This document shows positions 60,629-64,000 of a stretch of DNA of 64,000 bases, in pieces; position 1 is the first letter of the stretch, and the number at the start of each line of letters is the position of its first letter. Source of the DNA: Acidimicrobiales bacterium (GTDB lineage: Bacteria > Actinomycetota > Acidimicrobiia > Acidimicrobiales > VFJN01); contig DATCLS010000050.1 of NCBI GenBank assembly GCA_036563805.1, forward strand, positions 3,964 to 67,963, in the 5' to 3' direction. The position numbers and the translations under genes are program-made. Below the pieces are notes generated by a model, which searched no databases, was not told the origin of the DNA, and saw only the letters and a list, made by a program, of their open reading frames with translations.

Positions 60629-62148
60629 TGACCGCAACCACGGCAACCACCTTCGAGACCCGCGATCCCCGCACGGGGGAGGTGCTCGCCGAGCTGCCCG
60701 AGCACGGTCCGGCCGAGGTCCTGGCCGCCGTCGAGCGGGCACGGGCCGCGTTCGGCCCCTGGAGCGCCCTGCCGGTCGAGGCGCGCGTCGAGCACGTCCT
60801 CGCCGTCCGCGACCTCCTGGTCGACCGGCTCGACGACGTCATCGACGTCGTGTGCCGCGAGACCGGCAAGCTCGAGACCGACGCCGTCACCGCCGAGGTG
60901 CTCGCCACCTGCGAGCTGATCGAGCACTACCGTCACCACGCGGCCAAGGCGCTCCGGCCCGAGCGGGTGCCGACCGGGCTGCTCATGCCCCACAAGCGGG
61001 CGTGGCGGACGTTCGAGCCGATGGGCGTAGTCGGCGTGATCTCGCCGTGGAACTACCCGCTGACGCTGGCCATGACCCCGATCGTGTCGGCCCTGCTGGC
61101 CGGTAACACGGTCGTGCTCAAGCCGTCGGAGGTGACGCCGCTCGTCGGCCTCGAGATCGGCAAGCTGTTCGCCGACGCCGGCGCTGCGGCCGGGCACCCC
61201 GACCTGGTCCAGGTCGTGACCGGCGGCGGGGCGACCGGCGAGGCCCTCGTCCGCTCCGGCGTCCAGAAGGTGGCGTTCACCGGCTCCGTGGCCACCGGCA
61301 GGAAGGTGGCGAAGGCGGCCGCCGAGACGCTGACCCCCGTGCTGCTCGAGCTCGGCGGCAAGGACCCGATGATCGTGTGCGACGACGCCGACGTGTCGCG
61401 GGCGGCGGCCGGGGCCGTCTGGGGCGCGTTCATGAACTCGGGCCAGACCTGCATGGCGGTCGAGCGGGTGTACGTCGACCAGGCGGTGTACGACCGGTTC
61501 GTCGACGAGGTGGTCGAGCGCACGCGCCGCCTGCGCCAGGGCGTCGGCCGCGGCCACGACATCGGCTCGATGAGCTTCGAGCCCCAGGTCGAGATCGTCG
61601 AGCGGCACGTCGACGACGCCGTGGCCAAGGGGGCGAAGGTGCTGACCGGCGGGCGGCGGGTCGACCGGCCCGGCCTCTGGTACGAGCCGACCGTGCTGGT
61701 CGACGTCGACCACTCCATGGAGGTCATGCGCGAGGAGACGTTCGGCCCGGTGCTCCCGATCATGAAGGTGTCGGGCGACGAGGAGGCGCTGCGGCTGGCC
61801 AACGACTCCCGCTACGGCCTGAACAGCTCGGTGTGGTCGGCCGACCCCGCCCGGGCCCGGCAGCTGGCCGACGCGCTGGAGGCCGGCAACGTCTGCATCA
61901 ACGACTGCATCGTGAGCTACGCCGTCGGGGCTCTGCCGTTCGGCGGGGTCAAGGACTCGGGCATCGGCCGGGTCCACGGCCCCGACGGGCTGCGGGCGTT
62001 CTGCAACGTGAAGTCGCTGGTCGCCAACCGGATCGGGCTGCGTCGCGAGGTGCAGTGGTTCCCGGTGCCGCGCGGCGCCGACGCCGCCTTCCGCCGGCTG
62101 GTCCGCCTCCGCTACCGCCGGGGTCTGGCGGCCAAGCTCCGCCGCTGA
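60628..62148 (+). CDS. Aldehyde dehydrogenase family protein
   Basis: ISPWNYP, ELGGKDP, FMNSGQTCMAVERVYV (catalytic Cys) and EETFGPV motifs. Confidence 0.9.
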   Translation: MTATTATTFETRDPRTGEVLAELPEHGPAEVLAAVERARAAFGPWSALPVEARVEHVLAVRDLLVDRLDDVIDVVCRETGKLETDAVTAEVLATCELIEHYRHHAAKALRPERVPTGLLMPHKRAWRTFEPMGVVGVISPWNYPLTLAMTPIVSALLAGNTVVLKPSEVTPLVGLEIGKLFADAGAAAGHPDLVQVVTGGGATGEALVRSGVQKVAFTGSVATGRKVAKAAAETLTPVLLELGGKDPMIVCDDADVSRAAAGAVWGAFMNSGQTCMAVERVYVDQAVYDRFVDEVVERTRRLRQGVGRGHDIGSMSFEPQVEIVERHVDDAVAKGAKVLTGGRRVDRPGLWYEPTVLVDVDHSMEVMREETFGPVLPIMKVSGDEEALRLANDSRYGLNSSVWSADPARARQLADALEAGNVCINDCIVSYAVGALPFGGVKDSGIGRVHGPDGLRAFCNVKSLVANRIGLRREVQWFPVPRGADAAFRRLVRLRYRRGLAAKLRR

Positions 62149-62247
62149 GGCGCCCGGCTTCGTCGGCACGGGACGCTTCGCTCCGGTCGGCGTGCGCCGG
62201 GCGCGGATCCCCTGGCACGGGACCCTGGCGCCGGGGGAGTGGGTCGG

Positions 62248-63219
62248 TCAGGCCGGCTGGAGCTTGCGCAGGGTGGCGGCGGCCTCGTCGACGATGCGGT
62301 GGACGAGCTCGCCGGCGGGGACGATCTCGGTGAGGGCGCCGACGCCCTGGCCGGCCGGGAAGAACTCCCGCTCGGGGTCGACGCCGGGCGTCGTCTCGTC
62401 GCCGCCGAGGTGGTTGACCCCGTCCTGCATCGACCGCAGCACCTGGGCCGGGAACGGCTCGGCCTGGCGCTCGCCCGCCTCGTAGCTCGCCGTGTAGTCG
62501 TTGGCCAGCACCCGGCACGTCTTGCCGGTGTACGCCCGGGTCACGACCGTGTCGTCCTCGCGGGCCCGCAGCAGCTTGTCCTTGTAGCCGGTGACGCTCC
62601 GGGCCTCGGGGGTGGCGATGAACCGGGTGCCGATCCAGGCGCCGTCGGCGCCGAGGGCCAGCGCCGCGGCCAGGCCCCGGCCGTCGACGATGCCGCCGGC
62701 CGCCACCACCGGCACCCGGTCGCCGACCGCGTCGACGACCTGGGGGACGAGGGCGAGCGTGGCGATGCGCCCGGTGTGTCCGCCGGCCTCGGTGCCCTGG
62801 GCCACCACGATGTCGCAGCCGGCCTCGACCGCGGCGATGGCGTGGCGCACCTTGCCGCACATGTTGACGACCGCCAGACCGTGCTCGTGGCACAGGTCGA
62901 CGACGTCGCGGGGTACGCCGAGCCCCGCGACGAACACGCTGGCACCGCCCTTGGCGATGTCGAGCACCCGGGCCGCCAGGTCGCCGGGGGCGGCGGTCAG
63001 CAGGTCGACGCCGAACGGCTTGTCGGTGGCGGCCCGGACCGCGGCCATCTCCTCGACGATCTGGTCGGGCGACATGGTCGACGCCCCCAGGCAGCCGAAG
63101 CCGCCGGCCTCGCTGACGGCCGCCGCCAGCCGGTGGTACGAGACACCCCCCATGCCGGCCAGCATCACGGGATGCTCGATCTGGAGGGCCTCGGTGAGCC
63201 GGGTGCGGAGGGTCGCCAT
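62248..63219 (-). CDS. Nitronate monooxygenase (NMO, 2-nitropropane dioxygenase-like) family protein
   Basis: ATG 63219 inside ORF 62248..63375. HPVMLAGMGGVS, VVAQGTEAGGHTG and AAGGIVDGRG motifs. Confidence 0.85.
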   Translation of the reverse strand: MATLRTRLTEALQIEHPVMLAGMGGVSYHRLAAAVSEAGGFGCLGASTMSPDQIVEEMAAVRAATDKPFGVDLLTAAPGDLAARVLDIAKGGASVFVAGLGVPRDVVDLCHEHGLAVVNMCGKVRHAIAAVEAGCDIVVAQGTEAGGHTGRIATLALVPQVVDAVGDRVPVVAAGGIVDGRGLAAALALGADGAWIGTRFIATPEARSVTGYKDKLLRAREDDTVVTRAYTGKTCRVLANDYTASYEAGERQAEPFPAQVLRSMQDGVNHLGGDETTPGVDPEREFFPAGQGVGALTEIVPAGELVHRIVDEAAATLRKLQPA

Positions 63220-63238
63220 GGCCTGATCGTCGCCGGAC

Positions 63239-63254
63239 TTGACCCGTCGGTCAA
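63239..63254. promoter_or_regulatory. Palindrome TTGACC-CGTC-GGTCAA upstream of the NMO gene
   Basis: 6-4-6 inverted repeat, 20-35 nt upstream of ATG 63219. Confidence 0.3.
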
Positions 63255-63518
63255 GCGCGCCCGTGGCCAGGTGGCCGGCGCGCGGTCCCGGCGATCGGAG
63301 CCCAGGCGCGGGACCGGCGCATCCCGGAGGGGGGTGGGATGCGCCGGACGCCCGTGATGGTCGCCGCCGAGCCAACCATCTCTGTCAGTGCCCGGTCGGA
63401 AGCTCGAGGGGGGAAGCGACGTTCCGGGCCTGCACCCTGCAGGCTACGGAGCGCGCGTGACGCCACGATGACCGTGGCGTGAACAGCGGGCGCACGGACG
63501 GGGACGATCGTGTTTCCG

Positions 63519-63550
63519 GCGGATCACGTCCGACCCGCGGATCACGTCCG
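63519..63550. repeat. 14-nt direct repeat x2 (gcggatcacgtccg, period 18) duplicating the stop-codon region of the last gene
   Basis: Copies at 63519-63532 and 63537-63550. The second copy contains the stop codon (63542-63544, minus strand) of the reductase gene. Confidence 0.75.
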
Positions 63551-64000
63551 GTCGAGGGACTCCGTCCGACCGACGGGCTCGGTCCGGTAGGCGCCGGGGC
63601 CCGTGAGCATGTGCCGGTGCCAGCGGCGGGGGGTGGCCAGCACCGCGCGGGGATAGTCCTCGAACATCCACCGGGCGAAGTTGCGGCGCGTCCACGCCGT
63701 GGCGCCCGCCAGCCGGATGGCGCCCCGCACGCCCTTGCGGTGGTGCATCACCCGCACGAGCAGAGCCGACAGCCGGTGGTCGGCCAACAGCTCGCGGCGC
63801 ACGGCCCGCCGGAAGTCGGCGGTGACGGCCGCCGGCCCGCGGTCGCGGGGCCCGATGGCCTCGGCCGCCAGGGTGCCGGTGAGGAGCGCCTGGGCGATGC
63901 CCTCGCCGGTCAGGCAGTCGGTGGCCGCGGCGGCGTCGCCGACGAACAGCGTGCGTCTCGACGTGAGCACGGCCCGGTCGATGCGGGCCGGGATCGGCCA
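63542..64000 (-). CDS. Geranylgeranyl reductase-family FAD-dependent oxidoreductase, C-terminal part (runs off the window)
   Basis: LFVGDAAAATDCLTGEGIAQAL motif. The reading frame stays open to position 64000. Confidence 0.75.
   Translation of the reverse strand, partial: WPIPARIDRAVLTSRRTLFVGDAAAATDCLTGEGIAQALLTGTLAAEAIGPRDRGPAAVTADFRRAVRRELLADHRLSALLVRVMHHRKGVRGAIRLAGATAWTRRNFARWMFEDYPRAVLATPRRWHRHMLTGPGAYRTEPVGRTESLDRT

Overview
High-GC (roughly 70%+ by eye) Actinomycetota-type chromosomal segment. It is densely coding, with about 65 CDS called. I recognised no rRNA, tRNA, CRISPR array, transposase, integrase or known defence genes.

Gene content:
- An EncFtn-encapsulin operon.
- A znuACB-like zinc uptake operon behind a Zur-box-like palindrome.
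- Two paralogous CvnA-like (NIT-HAMP-ATPase) sensor kinases with no partner genes nearby.
- Two Hanks-type Ser/Thr kinases.
- Many lipid/acyl-CoA genes: a P450-DUF35-thiolase-like cluster, thiolase, enoyl-CoA hydratase, an AMP-dependent ligase, 2 SDRs, thioesterase II, an SCP2 protein, 2 F420-type LLM oxidoreductases, ALDH and NMO.
- An FGGY kinase/dehydrogenase/class II aldolase cassette.
- DUF47-Pit phosphate uptake, two DedA proteins, and a MarR-MFS operon.
- An alpha/beta hydrolase, Cas4-like nuclease, PAP2 and DsbA-like operon.

Most unusual observations:
1. 22 start codons lie 6-10 nt after a TANNNT hexamer, implying widespread leaderless transcription. This also refines several starts.
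2. Tandem duplications copy gene 3' ends together with their stop codons at several loci. They culminate in a spacer-less array of about 15 units of about 22 bp at 45.95-46.30 kb.
3. A LexA/SOS box sits between two divergent -10 elements next to a 0.64 kb stretch with no assigned gene.
4. A SAM-methyltransferase is fused to a MUG/TDG-type DNA glycosylase.
5. A single-chain double TetR faces a three-site operator next to the P450 cluster.
6. A membrane protein has a 21-bp/7-aa Asp/Arg repeat and a SigF/SigB-like promoter.
7. A hyper-acidic DUF3060 lipoprotein.
8. A Kelch-like gene is split by an apparent frameshift at a C6 run.
9. Several perfect palindromes lie at gene starts.

None of this amounts to a new multi-gene system I can claim with confidence; the items above are leads. 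All coordinates come from reading the printed sequence and may be off by 1 nt.
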